Positions 50,201 through 63,633 of a DNA stretch of 64,000 bases are shown one piece after another. The notes under the pieces are model-generated. The model saw only the letters and a list, made by a program, of their open reading frames with translations. It did not search any database and was not told the DNA's origin. The translations under genes and the position numbers were made by a program. This stretch comes from Nymphaea colorata (taxonomy: Eukaryota), in contig NC_045138.2 in the NCBI RefSeq assembly GCF_008831285.2, positions 26,908,001 through 26,972,000 of the forward strand, given 5' to 3'. Numbering within the stretch: the stretch's first letter is position 1; every line of letters begins with the position of its first letter.

Positions 50201-53200
50201 AAAGTTATGATGATATTGGAAGCAATGTTCTAGCTCAAACAGTTGAACCAATACATACATTGCTGCCAACAAAAAATGTTTTAGATTTGAAAAAGAATCT
50301 AATTATTATTTCTTTCGTGTAAAAGAATATTGTGGGCCATTCTTGTTTGCCTCAGCTAGTGTGGAGGCTAGAGCCCCATTTTGGAGATTGCAAGTTGAGA
50401 ACCAGTGGACCCAGCAGGGATTCGCATCAAGAAAAGTGAAGAACCTGTGGCAAAATATACTGTTGGGTGACTTCTTTAATTTAGAAACAGGACGTGATAG
50501 ACGTGAACCTCTTTGGCCAGCAAATGTCGGCATATCGAGAAAAAAATCAAAGGATTTGGCATCTTTACAGAAAATAATCATCTCAACAAATGGAAGTAAT
50601 TATGTTTGTCTCCTGCTAAAAGTTATTTGCTTTCTACCAGTGCCAATGATCCGTATCGAACAAAATCTTTATCTTTTAGAGCGTGTTTATGTACCCAAGG
50701 TACTAAATAGCTAATTCATATGAATCAGTTAAGTTTCGTCAATTTTTGCCCATTCAAGCTACAGTGCCAACGAGAGCTCCAACCACAGGAAGCTTTAATT
50801 CAAAGTTACTTCATATAGCAGATCTGCAGGACTCAAAACCAATACTGTTGTCAGAATCGGCTGATCCAAATCGAATTGGTGACGAACTGATTAAATCCTG
50901 CAACCAATTCAAGGATTATACGTAGTAAATTATACAAAAACTGATTAAGAAGAGCACCCAATAGCAAAGATGATTCAAATGAGTTCTTAGTTACATCGTA
51001 TACATACCTATGAATGCAGTTGCTCACTGTGACCAACATTACCATCTTTGCTGCCATTGTTCCTCTCTTCACTGTTAATTTAGGAGGGAATTATTCTTCA
51101 TCAGTAAAGTAGTTAGTGGTTTATTCCTACGGAAATGAGGCATCTTTGTTTTTGTCCATAGGAGTGGCTTTCTTTTCCTGGTTAAGGCATCTTCCTTGGT
51201 ATTCTTCAAAATAATGGTGGGGTTTTGCATCCTCTGCCCACTGAATGAAAATAAAATGTTTATATGCTTTACAGTATCTGCAGCAGGCTGACTCAATTCC
51301 TAGTTCTATCACTTTTTAGAGGAATAAAAGTATAAAACATGTTGGTATGGGCTTAACTTTATGATGAACATTAAACCAGATAGTTACACATGTTCATCCA
51401 TTGCTGTCAACAAGAATTCTGGTAGATCTTTCTAAAGCTTGTGTTGGAATGTAATGTTTTGAATCATTCTTCTTTATTTGATGCGAAATTTCGAAACAAG
51501 TTGCCGGGATTCAATGTTAGAGAACCTTTTGCCAACATCGCATAACATTTATCAATTCAAGAATTATATACAGGATCAGTGATTTGATCTGCAAGTGTAC
51601 TGTGTCTGGTGAAGAGAATATTCTTTCAATTTTAAAATGGGATATTGTTGACTGAGTATTGACAGAGGTTCAATGCACATCCAAGGTTTCTAAACCTGCA
51701 TGAAAGCCACATAAATTTTGCCTTATGTGAACATTAACACTTGGCTTAACCTTCATTTTCATAGGAAAGCAAAAAAGAGAACTAAAAACTACGCATGTCC
51801 TTTTCAGGCTTCTTAATTGTCAAGGGAAGTTGCGCTATCAATATAAATAAATAGTCTCAGAACTATGTATTAGGTTGACGCAAAGCTCAAACTGCATGAC
51901 TATTTCCAAATTAGAATTGGACCCGATCTATTTTAGGATTTTAAACTGTTTTTAGATATTAGATTGATATTAAGATGCTAATGCTCTCCCTGATTAACTT
52001 GGTTATGAAGGTTTTATAAGGTGCAGGATAAGCTAGCCAAATCCAAACCAGTATGTGGTTTATGATCCCAACATGATTCATGAAACTCAATACTACTCCT
52101 ACAGAGGCTGCATGGAAACAGTAACATTATGTTATTGTCCCATGCATCTAACCCAGAAAATTGGTTAGATTCATTGTAAACTTCAAAAGTGTTATATGAA
52201 TTTGCCTTACTTTTTATGACAGATGCATGGAACAATAACATCTATTGCTGTTGTCAAATGGTCCCACAAGGAATTGGATGCATCTATTCATTGCCAAACC
52301 GAGAGGCAAAACCAAAAAATTTTGTCCAGGGAAGGTTAAGACTTATATAAGAAATTTAAAGGGAGTCATACGTCTTTTTTTAAAAAAAAAAACTCATGAT
52401 GTAAGTAAATTAAAAAAGGTAAATTCTATTACTTTTTCTAAGTTTATAAAATGGTAGCTGTTCAGCTTATATAATATGATACTTTATGAGCTATCAATTA
52501 AGTTGATGAATTAACTTATAATTAGCTCACATAGTCTTAAAGCTTTTTAATCCACATATACCATAAATTGCAAGAGAAAATCGTGAGGACCTCTCTCAAT
52601 ATGTCATGATTAATGTGTTTTAATTAAAAGGAAAACCAGAAGGAATATCTCAACCGCGAGACAAGAAGAATAAGGTGTCATTTCATAAAATACAAGAGTT
52701 CTAGATTGGCAATTCTGGCATGTCTAGAAAGCTCAGTGGTCTTAATGGACAACAACCCTTTGTCATTATCTCATAATCCGCAGCCCCTCTTGGCTATTGA
52801 ATCTCTTTAGTAAATAAAATCAAATCCATTTTGATTTGTTCCATTGAAAATAAGGATAATTATTGGTTCTTGTCCAACTCCTTTGATTTGGAATTACTTG
52901 CTTGCTTAAGGTCTTTTCAATATTATTTATGCTCTCCAAATCAATGGTGCGGATTGCTTCCCTTGCAGACAGCAATACAGTACAAGGCAGTCTACTGCCT
53001 TTCTTTTCAACTTTTTCTTTTCCATCGGAATAAAATATGGTGGTCTGTCTTTGCCTTTATGCTCGCCAATCCAAATAGATCATCATTTCTTTCCTGAAAA
53101 GTATCCATAAGATCTTAAATCCTTGTTTTTGTATAATATTTTTCAAAAACCTTTCTTCTTTATCCTGCCAAGTTGTTGGAATCAAAAGTGAGGAGTCACT

Positions 53201-53289
53201 GGCATACAGAGAAAGCCCTGTTTATCATGTACTTTATGAAATGATAATCACTTTTCTTAATACTTTCTCTCTCCTATTAATAGCATTGT

Positions 53290-53498
53290 GCTCTTGAGAA
53301 TGTGAGGGCTGTAGTTAAGATCATTTTTTGAGCGAGCAGGAAGAGTATTTTATACTCGAACAAAAGCCTCCACATCCCTTTTCTGGTTGTTCCGCGTCAT
53401 ATAAGCCCCCATCTCTAAACTGGCATTGGTGCTCTTGAGAAGAGCACTGTAGTTAAGATCATTTTTTGGGCGAGTAGGAAGAGTATTTTATACTCGAG
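53290..53498. repeat. Spaced direct repeat of about 70 bp
   Basis: GCTCTTGA...CTGTAGTTAAGATCATTTTTTG.GCGAG.AGGAAGAGTATTTTATACTCGA at about 53290-53360 and about 53431-53498. Confidence 0.8.
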
Positions 53499-53870
53499 CA
53501 AGAGTTCATGGTTGCAACATACATGGTGTTGAGACCGCCAGTGCAGGTAAACTAGTATACTGGTTCCAATTCACTGATGAAAAGGAGGTTGACACCTATG
53601 CCACTAGAACCAGTGACCTGCTGCATATTGAATATGTCCAACACCAACAAAATGAAGGTCTCAATTTTAGTTTACCTAGCTGGTCAATTGTTTTTGTTTA
53701 CCTAGCTAGCACTTCCAAATCATATTTAGATATGGAGAAAGAGAGAGAAAAGGGGCTACCACATTGACAAACAGCAGACTCGAACCCACCATCTACTAGG
53801 ACCCCGAGTAACAGCAATTCACATCTCTTATTCAAAACTCTAAGATAGGTCATGATACAACAGTAGCAGT

Positions 53871-54118
53871 TAAGGTTGGGCATCGGACCAGGGGCCTGTC
53901 GAGCTTTCGAGTACCTGGCCTGGGCTCAAGTTGTCTCGAGCCTGACTTCGAATTGGGCTGGGCCCTGGCTCGGGCCAACACTGTGTTGGCCGACTATGGT
54001 TGGGCCCAACTTGGCCTGATAGAATATATTTCAATTTTTTATTAAAATTGGACCCGGCCCAAGGTCATAGCCAGCCCGTGCCTGACTCCGGAATCGAGCC
54101 GCCTGATGCCCAGTCCTT
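53871..54118. mobile_element. hAT-family MITE with 8-bp target-site duplication
   Basis: Left TIR TAAGGTTGGGCATC; the right end GATGCCCAGTCCTT reverse-complements to AAGGACTGGGCATC. Flanks GTAGCAGT (53863-53870) and GTAGCAGC (54119-54126) match at 7 of 8 positions. GGGCC-rich subterminal repeats. Confidence 0.7.
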
Positions 54119-55343
54119 GTAGCAGCCTCAGCGACAAATCCAACACTCCAACAAGAAGAAAGGGTCCATGTTGGCATGCATCGGATTACATATGCCTGAA
54201 TTTTGGGCCAAGTAATTCTTCATCTTATTAGTGATACAACTTGCAAAAGTTTTGGAAGCGGTCAGGTGTCATGGACCCAGGTCTCCGATCGTCCATCTAG
54301 TAGCCCGCATCCCCTTCATTTTCCGTCTCCTTCTAGAAGAAAGATAAACCAGGTTACAATGGCGCTGTCGTTTATGAAAATCTCGTTTCCATGGTTATGG
54401 TCTTCTCAGTACTGCCTGCAAGCCGATAGTTGCATTTATGTTCAAACCTCGTGTGTTTTGGTCGCGATTCCTTCTGACATTTCGTAATGTAGTTGGAACA
54501 TTTTCCAAGATTTTCTCTGACAATTCTCAGATGTTCAAAATGTTCGAGGTTTTGCCTCTACCAGTGGATTGCCGATTACGAGGACTGTGACGCAATCGCC
54601 ATTACCAACTCGATCACCGCATTTATGAGGAAAGAATCCGAATAAAATTTCATAGTGTCGTTTTCAAATATCATACTTCGAGGCCTCGAGATTTTGATAT
54701 CTCTGTTGAACTGGTTGACGGCCAGTATAGCCTCACTTTTTTGTCAATTAACAACAACAATGTTAATAATAACAAATTGAGTTCAAATCTGTTGTCAATG
54801 GCTAAAAATTGAAAATGTATTACTCACGACTGATGAGACTTTCACACGCAACTTTTAATTGTTAGCCATGTGGCAAGATTTGCATCGTCCTTAATAACAA
54901 CGGTGGTGGTGGTCTGCGACTTGCAATCTTTACTGCTGTAAGCGTTGGATGACAGAAAAGAATGCTCAGTAATTTGGAAAGTAGGTAAGAGAAATAGTTC
55001 TGCAATTTGCCATTAAATGGGGAACTAGAGTTCAGATCATTCAACTCCTGGGTTCAGATCATTCAACTCCTGGAAATCGGATTGGGTCTATTTCAGCACA
55101 GCACAGATAAAAAATGACCGAAAGTTTACATCCTTGCGATTTACGCACAGCTATTTTGCACCGAAGAGGACAAAAAGACTTTCAATCATATTGTGCGGTT
55201 TTCCTTGCCAAGAAAAATCCCGTGAACATATTTTGTGCCTGTGGCCAAAGCCAAAAAGAGTCGCCTATCCTGAACAAATCTTTAACGTTGGGCTCCCGTT
55301 TTCTTGCACGCTGACTTGGCTGCTCTCTGCCGACGGACGGGTA

Positions 55344-58300
55344 ATGGCGGGGCTGTGGGCGCCGTCCATCCTCAGGACGACCAACAATCCGGTTCTAGTG
55401 GCATCCACGATGGTGATGATGCTCCCGACCACCCTCACCAAGACTCCTTCTTCTCGGTTCACCATCATGTCATTCTCCTCACCTCCATCGTCGGACACTT
55501 CAGATTGTATGCCGTTTCACAGAACCTTTGTGCTACGTTACCCTCTTAATTTTTAGTGCATTTGGGCATCCAATTTAATTGGTATTTGAAATATTCTGCA
55601 TTCACACTTTTGGGGAGTTCGTGGTTGGTTTGATGGTGGCTTCTGGGGAATAGTTGAATTTCTTCTTCCTCGGTTACCGGTTCCGTATAGTTTCTTTTAG
55701 CTGTTCAACGCGCTCTGTTTGATTTGGAGCCAGCGGGTTCGACTAAAAGATTATTCGAAGTGGCTTTGTGGGAAATAGAAAAAACCATGAACCATTGTTT
55801 ATTTTGAATCCCAGTGTGATACAGCTCTTCGTAGATAGTGGCCTTTCGTGGTCTCAAATTAGACCTATTACTTTTTCTGTGGTGAATCACATACATAGAT
55901 TTAAGATGATATTCTGAGACAGAACTAGCTATACGTGAAGAATCTTCCTTTGGATAATGCCGCTCTTTCGGATATTCCTGCTTAGTTGTTAAAGCCTCCA
56001 CTTGTTTGTTTCAAGTTGTTTATGTAGAGAGATAGTCTTGAATGGGGTGAAGCGCTGTTTACTTTTTCTCAATGGATTGCACGTTCCTTCATGTGCAGCT
56101 CAAGTGAAAATACCGCTCCGAGTTGGCTTTTTGGGGCTTGGCATTATGGGCTCTCCTATGGCTAAGAATCTTATAAATGCAGGGTACGCTAAACTTTCTT
56201 CTTTATCGGATGATAGTAATAAATGGAGTTCAACTTGGAACCCTGTAACTGTAGATCAAGATACAAGGAATTCTGTTTTTATGTATGTACTTCTAAGAGT
56301 ATCACCGTGAATACATTGTTTGTAGCAAGGTTTCATGTAAGACTATGAAACGTTTTACACTTCAAAATTTGTTTATGAATTAGGCAGATCGTCGTATTAC
56401 TCTACAGTACTTTTATGCACTTCTGCAAACTAATGTTCGTTTTAGAAACAAGCAATACCAAACCAATGATGGAATAGCTCCAGAAAGCGTAAACATGGAT
56501 GAGGTGAGCTCCAATGCCAAGAGAAGAATAAGCAAATGGAACTAGGCTGTTCCACTTAGTCCTTATTTTTCTTGACCTAAGCTGTTTACAATTTGCTCAA
56601 GCCTGCGCCAATTTCCCCTCTCAAAAGTACCAGTAAAGCAGCGGCTTGTTGCTAATAACCCGTCTTTCCAAGTTCAAGCATTGATACAACAATAAGAAGT
56701 TAAGAACCATTTATTTCCTGTTCTATTTGAAAACATGATGAACATTTTCCTCCTCATTATTATGTCTTTCTAAGCAATTGCACTGTCAGTGTCATGGGTT
56801 AATGGTTTGGTGTGAAAATACCTTTTTAGCTATGTTTTCATTTGGCCTCAAATATATAACTATAAGAGCCATCTGTCTTGTAGATGTGATGTAACTGTGT
56901 GGAATAGGACCAAGGGCAAGTGCGATCAACTCCTCGACCTTGGAGCAAGGTGTGCTTTTCTTCTACAATATTTTTGTACTATGAAGTTATGTGTGTAAAT
57001 TTCATTAATCTTATAATTATGAATTTCTCAGACAACCCTTTTCTTTTTTCTTTTTTGTTTGAATCTTCAGCTATTTCATGAATCTGGTTCCTTGTTTCTT
57101 TTCCAGTTTCCTTTATGTGAATTTCTTTCATGCTTTTGTTTTATAGTCTTTTAAGAGAGCTTTTTCCTTTTCCAAAACCCGTCATAATCCATGGATAATT
57201 TAATGTGCCAGAACATTTGTGTTTGACATGTTTGAATTATTTTCAGTTGCAGCTTCAACAGTTTCATTTTGCAACATGGCACCTTCCCTAAAATTCAAGT
57301 TTATACTTCATAAGCAGAAATGTGATTGTCTTAGTGGATGAATAAAATCTAAAATAGTTACTTTGGATAGAATATTGTTGAAGGGTTTGGTGAGAGAAAA
57401 GTGGTGAAAAATTGACCATGTTTTATTTCAAGTGAATGTTTCTTAACTAGGAACATATCATTTTACTCTATGGCCATCAAGTGCAGTTTCATTCTTAGGA
57501 TTTAATCGTGCTTAATGTGACATAAGAAATTATGTTTATAACTCGCATTAACTTATACTTGAATCTCAATAAGTTGCCTTCAAATTATATCTGAAAGTGA
57601 CACAAGAGATCATAAACTAAGAAAAAACTTGTGATATTTGTAGTGGGATGAGGGGAAGGTTTAGATTTATAAAGGTGAAGCCCAAGCAGATCAAAGTAAA
57701 AGCTCCCTGAGGAAACGAGCTGTTGAGGTTTTATACATTTATATAATATATACAAGCATAGGTGCACATGCCAGAGAGAAAGAAAGAGAGAAGAGAGCCT
57801 CTGATTTTTTTTTTCTTTAAATGTGCAGATACAAGTCCTCTCCTATGGAAGTTGCATCATGTTGTGATGTGACATTTGCTATGCTTGCTGATCCTGAAAG
57901 TGCAGTGAGTTCCTTTTGATTCAATTATCAACCAGACATATCTGCCTCTTCATCATTTATGAGTGTCTTCCCCTTTCAGTTTGATGTTGCTTGTGGAAAG
58001 GAGGGTGCTGTTCATGGAATGGCTGCAGAAAAGGGGTACTACTACCTGTATATCTGTTTCTGTCTTTTACTGAAATAAGGAATAAAGCACGGATTTTGCA
58101 TTGAGTCATGGAATCTGCTTTTAGGGTTTAACTGACAGAATGTATGCCCAAATTCAAGCTCCTGAATCGACATTCTTTTTCATCTCAAATAAGTCAAGTT
58201 TCTTGCATATAATAATTAGTTGTACATATCGTGAATAATTTTCTTCTGCTTGAGATTTAAAAACTCTTAGGTCGAGATTTTGAATCACAAACCAGTTCAC

Positions 58301-60396
58301 TGCTCTAGTCAGAAAGTTCTTCAATGTAATTTCCTCTTCTAGGCGATCTAAATTGCATATGTTCTTCGTTATAGGTAGCATGCTCCAGACTGCAAGAAGC
58401 TTTCCTTTCTGTTAAACATGTTCAACTATATAAAGCAGACATTTCTGCTTGCATGTAGTTTATCTTATGAGTTGTTAATGTCTCCCTTATCTCTGGTGAC
58501 ACTTCTGTTTGCCTGTAGTTTATGTTTGTGAATGTTAATGACTTCCTTATCTCTTTATGTTCTCATCGTAGAAGTGGCACATAAATATTTTGCTTCCCAT
58601 ATGATTGTACTCTTATCAGGCTTTTGAATACGACTCTTGTGGTAGTCAGTTTTGAGGTGCTGGAAATCCAGTAACCTTTTGCACATGAAATCTTCATACT
58701 TGATTCAGCAGACATTGACATATGAATCTCACGACGTGTTTCTTCCGCCTTATTTTTATAGCAACTTCAGCCATCAAGCATCTGAAATAATCTTTTTATT
58801 CTTTCATAAGGAATGCTTGATAATGTTCGTGTAGTTCTCTTCTTGAACACTATGATTGGTTCAACTAATTGAGAGTATTTATTCTCATTATTCATAGGTA
58901 TGTTGATGTATCTACAGTTGATGAAGACACCTCTAAGGCAATCAGTGAACACATTAAAGCAACTGGGGCTGTGTTTCTTGAGGTGAGACCTATATTTTAG
59001 TGTTTAAATAGATAGCTAATTTTCTCTTTTATATCGACATTGTTCTCTTTATGCATCTCAAATCCTGCAAATTTCAGTTAAAAACAATAGCTTATTTTGA
59101 AATTCTATCACTCTTTTAAGACATCTTGGTAGGCTCCAGTTTCAGGATCAAAAAAACCTGCTGAAGATGGCCAACTTATATTTCTTACTGCAGGTAACTG
59201 TCGCCTGTATAGTGTATGCAGTCCTTTAATTTCACTTCTCCTGAGCCTTGTCATTTTTGAGATGGAATTTATACAAAATTTTAAGTTTGAAACCCTTTCA
59301 CTTGCCTGTACCTGTATGCTGGATAACTTTCTGTTGGAGAAAAGAGGACAGAAAGTGCACTTGTCCATTGTTTGAAATCGTGTTTAGGTTTTAGTTATCT
59401 GAAACAGCTTTGGTGAGATTATTGGCACAGATCTTGAATCTTTCATGTATGTAGGTGATCGGTCTCTCTATGAAATAGTTTCACCCTTGCTGGATATTAT
59501 GGGGAAGGTGAGCTTGTAAAGATAAAGACTATTTATTCGGTTAACCTGATTGTTCCTGTTGGTTATATTGTGTATCGTACTGTGCTGCACAGTCAAGGTT
59601 TTTCCTTGGGGATGTTGGGAATGGTGCTGCAATGAAACTCGTGGTGAACATGATTATGGGAAGGTAAGTCCATCAATTTCAAACCAGATGGTTGCATGTT
59701 TTCTTATAGGACAACAGAAGTGATTCTGAGCTGATAGCCTACCGTTTCAGCATGATGGCTTCATTTTCAGAGGGACTGATCCTCAGTCAAAAAGTGGGGT
59801 TAGACCCCAATGTCCTGATTGAGGTACTAGTGATAATATCCTTAAGTCCTTTCATTTTTTGATGTCATTGAGAAGAAACCAAATGAAGTAGTTTGTTTAT
59901 TATTCTTAGATTCTTTCGCTTGTCATCTTCTCATGTTAGTTTTCCAATTTGTCCTATGCAATTTTGAGAATTCTAATCTCCTCTTCTGTGAAATTTTTTT
60001 CAGCAGTGATTTGTTACATTTTGGGCACTGAATTGTTGTTTCACCAGGTTGTCTCCCAGGGTGCTATAAGTGCGCCAATGTTCTCACTCAAAGGCCCTGC
60101 TATGGTCCAAGCAAAATATCCAACAGCATTTCCTTTGAAGCATCAACAGAAGGTGTAGGATTTGGTTAACTTTTCGACATATAAAATTTGTTACCTTCCT
60201 AATCTGCTGAAAATACTCGTGATGACAGGACTTGAGGCTGGCTTTAGGCATGGCAGAAGCTGTATCCCAGCCTTCTCCCATCGCAGCTGCTGCAAATGAA
60301 TTATATAAGATTGCAAAATCTCAGGGACATAGTGACGCTGATTTTTCTGCAGTTGTCGAAGCATTAAAAATAAAATTTCAAAGTCCAGAAAACTAA
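55344..60396 (+). CDS. GLYR2: Glyoxylate/succinic semialdehyde reductase 2 (organellar, beta-hydroxyacid dehydrogenase family), 353 aa, 12 exons
   Basis: Exons 55344-55506, 56099-56183, 56884-56949, 57829-57904, 57980-58035, 58898-58982, 59133-59193, 59455-59507, 59593-59663, 59751-59823, 60048-60152 and 60229-60396. All introns are GT-AG; total 1062 nt in frame. Motifs VGFLGLGIMGSPMA, VTVWNRT, FLEAPVSGSKKPAEDGQLIFLTAG, GNGAAMKLVVNMIMGS and YPTAFPLKHQQKDLRLA. Ser/Thr-rich N-terminal targeting peptide. The exon 1 start is the least certain part. Confidence 0.95.
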
Positions 60397-61481
60397 TGAA
60401 AGAGGCAGATGGAGAGGGAAATCTTCATATTCGTCAAAACTTGATGAATGCGAAAGCTAGCTTGCCCCTGATTTTGCATGCTGCGAGTAGATGTTCTGTA
60501 TTTTTCGGTTATGTTCTGCCAAGGAAAATTTTTCAGCACTAAATCAACATCATTTTATGGTCAATGACATTGAGCATGATAGCGGAAACTATAGCATGCC
60601 AATCGTCACATTTGCCTTTAGAACTCTGGTTTCATGCTGCTTGTACTAAACTGGGTTAAGATCTTGACAATAAAAAAGTGATTTACCCTATATGGGCAGT
60701 AGTGTATGCAACACACACACACATTAGATATGAAACTGTCCGACTGATGCCTAATCCTGCATCAAAAAAATAGCTTTCGCGTCCTTTTCCTGAAATTATA
60801 GTCATACACATAAACGTTGGAAGCTAGCTCAACGACGGACAGCCGTTTCGGTCATACGCTAAAACCCACATCTGTTTAGAAATTGGACGCGCTGACTGAT
60901 GGGTCAAGATCAAGCTCGCTGTCTCTCTCTCTCTCTCACATACACGCACACATTCATTTTGATAGACATACCGTCATACCCTGCATGTACACCTTTACCA
61001 ATATGACAGTGTAGTTCGGGAGAAAGAAAAGCATTCGCAGCGCATGGCATCGAAGAGGTGGCAGCGGTATGCCGGTGGTGTTAATGATGATAAATACAGG
61101 ACAATATTAAGTGAAAAAAGCAGGTTGATGGCTCAGACGAATGACAAATCACAATCCTGCTTAGTAATTAGGCAAAAGAACTAGTCACAGCACCCAGACA
61201 CTGATCTGAACTCTGAAAGTTCCCATGAGAAGAGAAGAATTCAGTTTGCCCGACCTGATTAGGCACACGCTTCAACTACCATCGCCTTTCAAAAGAACAT
61301 GGATCACAGGCCCTGTACCAATGACATTTTTCCACAGGGAGCTTCCATGTCAAACGAGCAGTCTAGACTAACAACTGTAAAGATGTGAGCTACGCACATC
61401 CGCTCAAATTTGGAAATCTTTTACAGAAAACTACACGCAACAAACAGATAAATGTAGCTGAGCTTCTGGACGATTGTGGTT

Positions 61482-63633
61482 TCAGGACTTGGACGAACAC
61501 GACAGGATGTGAGATTTGTACTTCTCAAGCTCTGCCAGTACCTCATCTTCTGGCCTGTAAATCAAGTCACTCATGCGCCATATCTGTGAAATTAAAGTCA
61601 GTACGAAAAGTCAGTAAATTTCAGCAAGGAAACCATAAGGACAGAAGATAATATTTTGCTTGTACTCCAGTTCTTCCCTGATATGCAAACCAAGTGAACC
61701 AGGCAACAGCATATAGACCAAAGATGACGAATGAAATGTCAATAGGCAAGCAGAGGAATTTGCAGAAAGAGGAAAGGCAACCTTCATTGAAGTTGGTTCT
61801 CATTTCTTTTCTTTTTCAATAGCGCTCTTGGTACCAGGTTTTAGGCGAGTCAGTTTCAAAAGGGGAAAAAGCTTTCCAACTTTTAAAAAGGTCAATGAAC
61901 ATCATTAGCAGAACCATTCCATGAAAACCAAAAATGACAAAAGATATAGGCAATCACATGCCTAGGCAGAACAAACTTCCAAAGGCAGAAGTGTGAACAA
62001 CATATAGAATGACCACCCTAAAAGAGGACAGGAACAAGAAACAGAAAATAAGAATAAAATTTCCAAACTAGTAAGTAAGCAGAACACTAACCACTACCAT
62101 AGCCAATACTCTCCTTAACATGAAAAGGGCCTATAACTGCGAAAAATACTGTACACTAACACCATAAAAAATAAGCTACAATAGAAAAGGTTACTAGCAT
62201 GTAAGTAAAGGAATACCTGTAGAGTCCCTCCTCCACCAGTACTTCCACAATCATCGGATACACTTACAATAGTCCATGGGTCAGAAGTATTCCAGTGAAA
62301 ATCAACAACCTTGTCTCTGTAATAACAAAGAAGTGAAAATTATCATATAGTCGAGAGATGGAAGATACATTAAGACAGCATGGACTTTTTCCCTTTTAAT
62401 AAGAAGAATCAACATTTTGCACGTGTACCCTTACCCACACTTATTATGGTTCACAACTTCACATCCACCTATATGCAACCATTCTCACAAGATATAAGTG
62501 CAAACCTACAGAGCGTGCATGCATGTCTATCCAATCACAATTACATGCCTGCATGCACAGAAATCAACCCACCCACACACTTGCAGATTGGCACACATGA
62601 TGGGAAAAGGGAGTGCCGGTGTGTGGGGAAAATGGTGAAGATAAACAAAAAAAACACAATTGTTTCATATGCATATCTTGGAAGCTGGAAGTAGAACCTG
62701 AGCCCAAAGAACCACTCGCTCTTACAACAGCATGTTGTGGTTGCCCACACATGCATGAAACTGAAATTCCATGTTTTACTTTCACTGGAAAGTTTTATCA
62801 GTAGAAAAGTAGTTAAGATTGAAACTAGTCCTGGTATTTGTCAATAACATGTCTATGCCTCGCGAAGACAACCATTTCTGAAGATGAACAAGAATTATCA
62901 TCATAAGAGCTGCATAACTGATCCATACAAAACGTAATTCTCCTATTTTTTGACAGATGGCATAAAAGAGCCATCCTGGATACCTGTGCCCAGCGTGCTG
63001 GAAAAACAAACCCGGAGGGGAGTTTGGCACTTTTTTTCCTACATACTCCTTTTTCCGACCAACCTGTTCCACAACCAGCCAAAGAAATTTTAGTACCAAA
63101 CCTAGAGAATGACATCATATATTGTAAAGGAATGAGTCAAATTTATGGAAGAAATCAGATATCCTAAAATATCAACAGGATGCAGCATTAAATTCAGCTT
63201 AACCTACACTTGTAATGAAACATCTATGCTGTACTTGCAGAATAATGGTGATTGTCAATTTAACATGCCAAGAATAGTGTGTGTGTCATTTGGTAAGTAA
63301 CTAACTTTCGAGAGTTTCCTAACCTTTTCAAGATCCCAAATATTTACAAAACCATCCTCTGCAGAGCTTCCAAAAACAGATGATTTGTCTGGGCACCACT
63401 GTAACATACACATAAAAAATGGTTGAGAAAACAGTAGCCTAAGTGAACTTCCAGGAAAGAAGAAACCAAATATCTGAACCAAATCAGCTAACAATCCAGA
63501 ACAAAATAAACACCAGCACACCTGCACACAAAGAACAGCAGCCTTGTGACCCTCAAATTTTTGAACTGGAGAACCAACACCACCAGATGTGAGGTTCCGC
63601 CGGTCAAACAATCGGACAGAATTATCTGCAGAC
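61482..63633 (-). CDS. MSI4: WD40 histone-binding protein MSI4/FVE, last five exons (5' part lies beyond the window)
   Basis: Exon 63633-63522: SADNSVRLFDRRNLTSGGVGSPVQKFEGHKAAVLCVQ. Exon 63398-63324: WCPDKSSVFGSSAEDGFVNIWDLEK. Exon 63063-62984: ...PPGLFFQHAGHR. Exon 62316-62217: DKVVDFHWNTSDPWTIVSVSDDCGSTGGGGTLQ. Exon 61583-61482: IWRMSDLIYRPEDEVLAELEKYKSHILSCSSKS*. GT-AG introns with consistent phases. Confidence 0.95.

Noticed and set aside
53883..53892. TCGGACCAGG, the 5' end of miR166
   Set aside because: Only 10 nt match, and it lies at the hAT MITE terminus.
55134..55343. Upstream in-frame extension of GLYR2 exon 1
   Set aside because: It begins at a TTG and has no ATG before 55344; most likely promoter or 5'-UTR.
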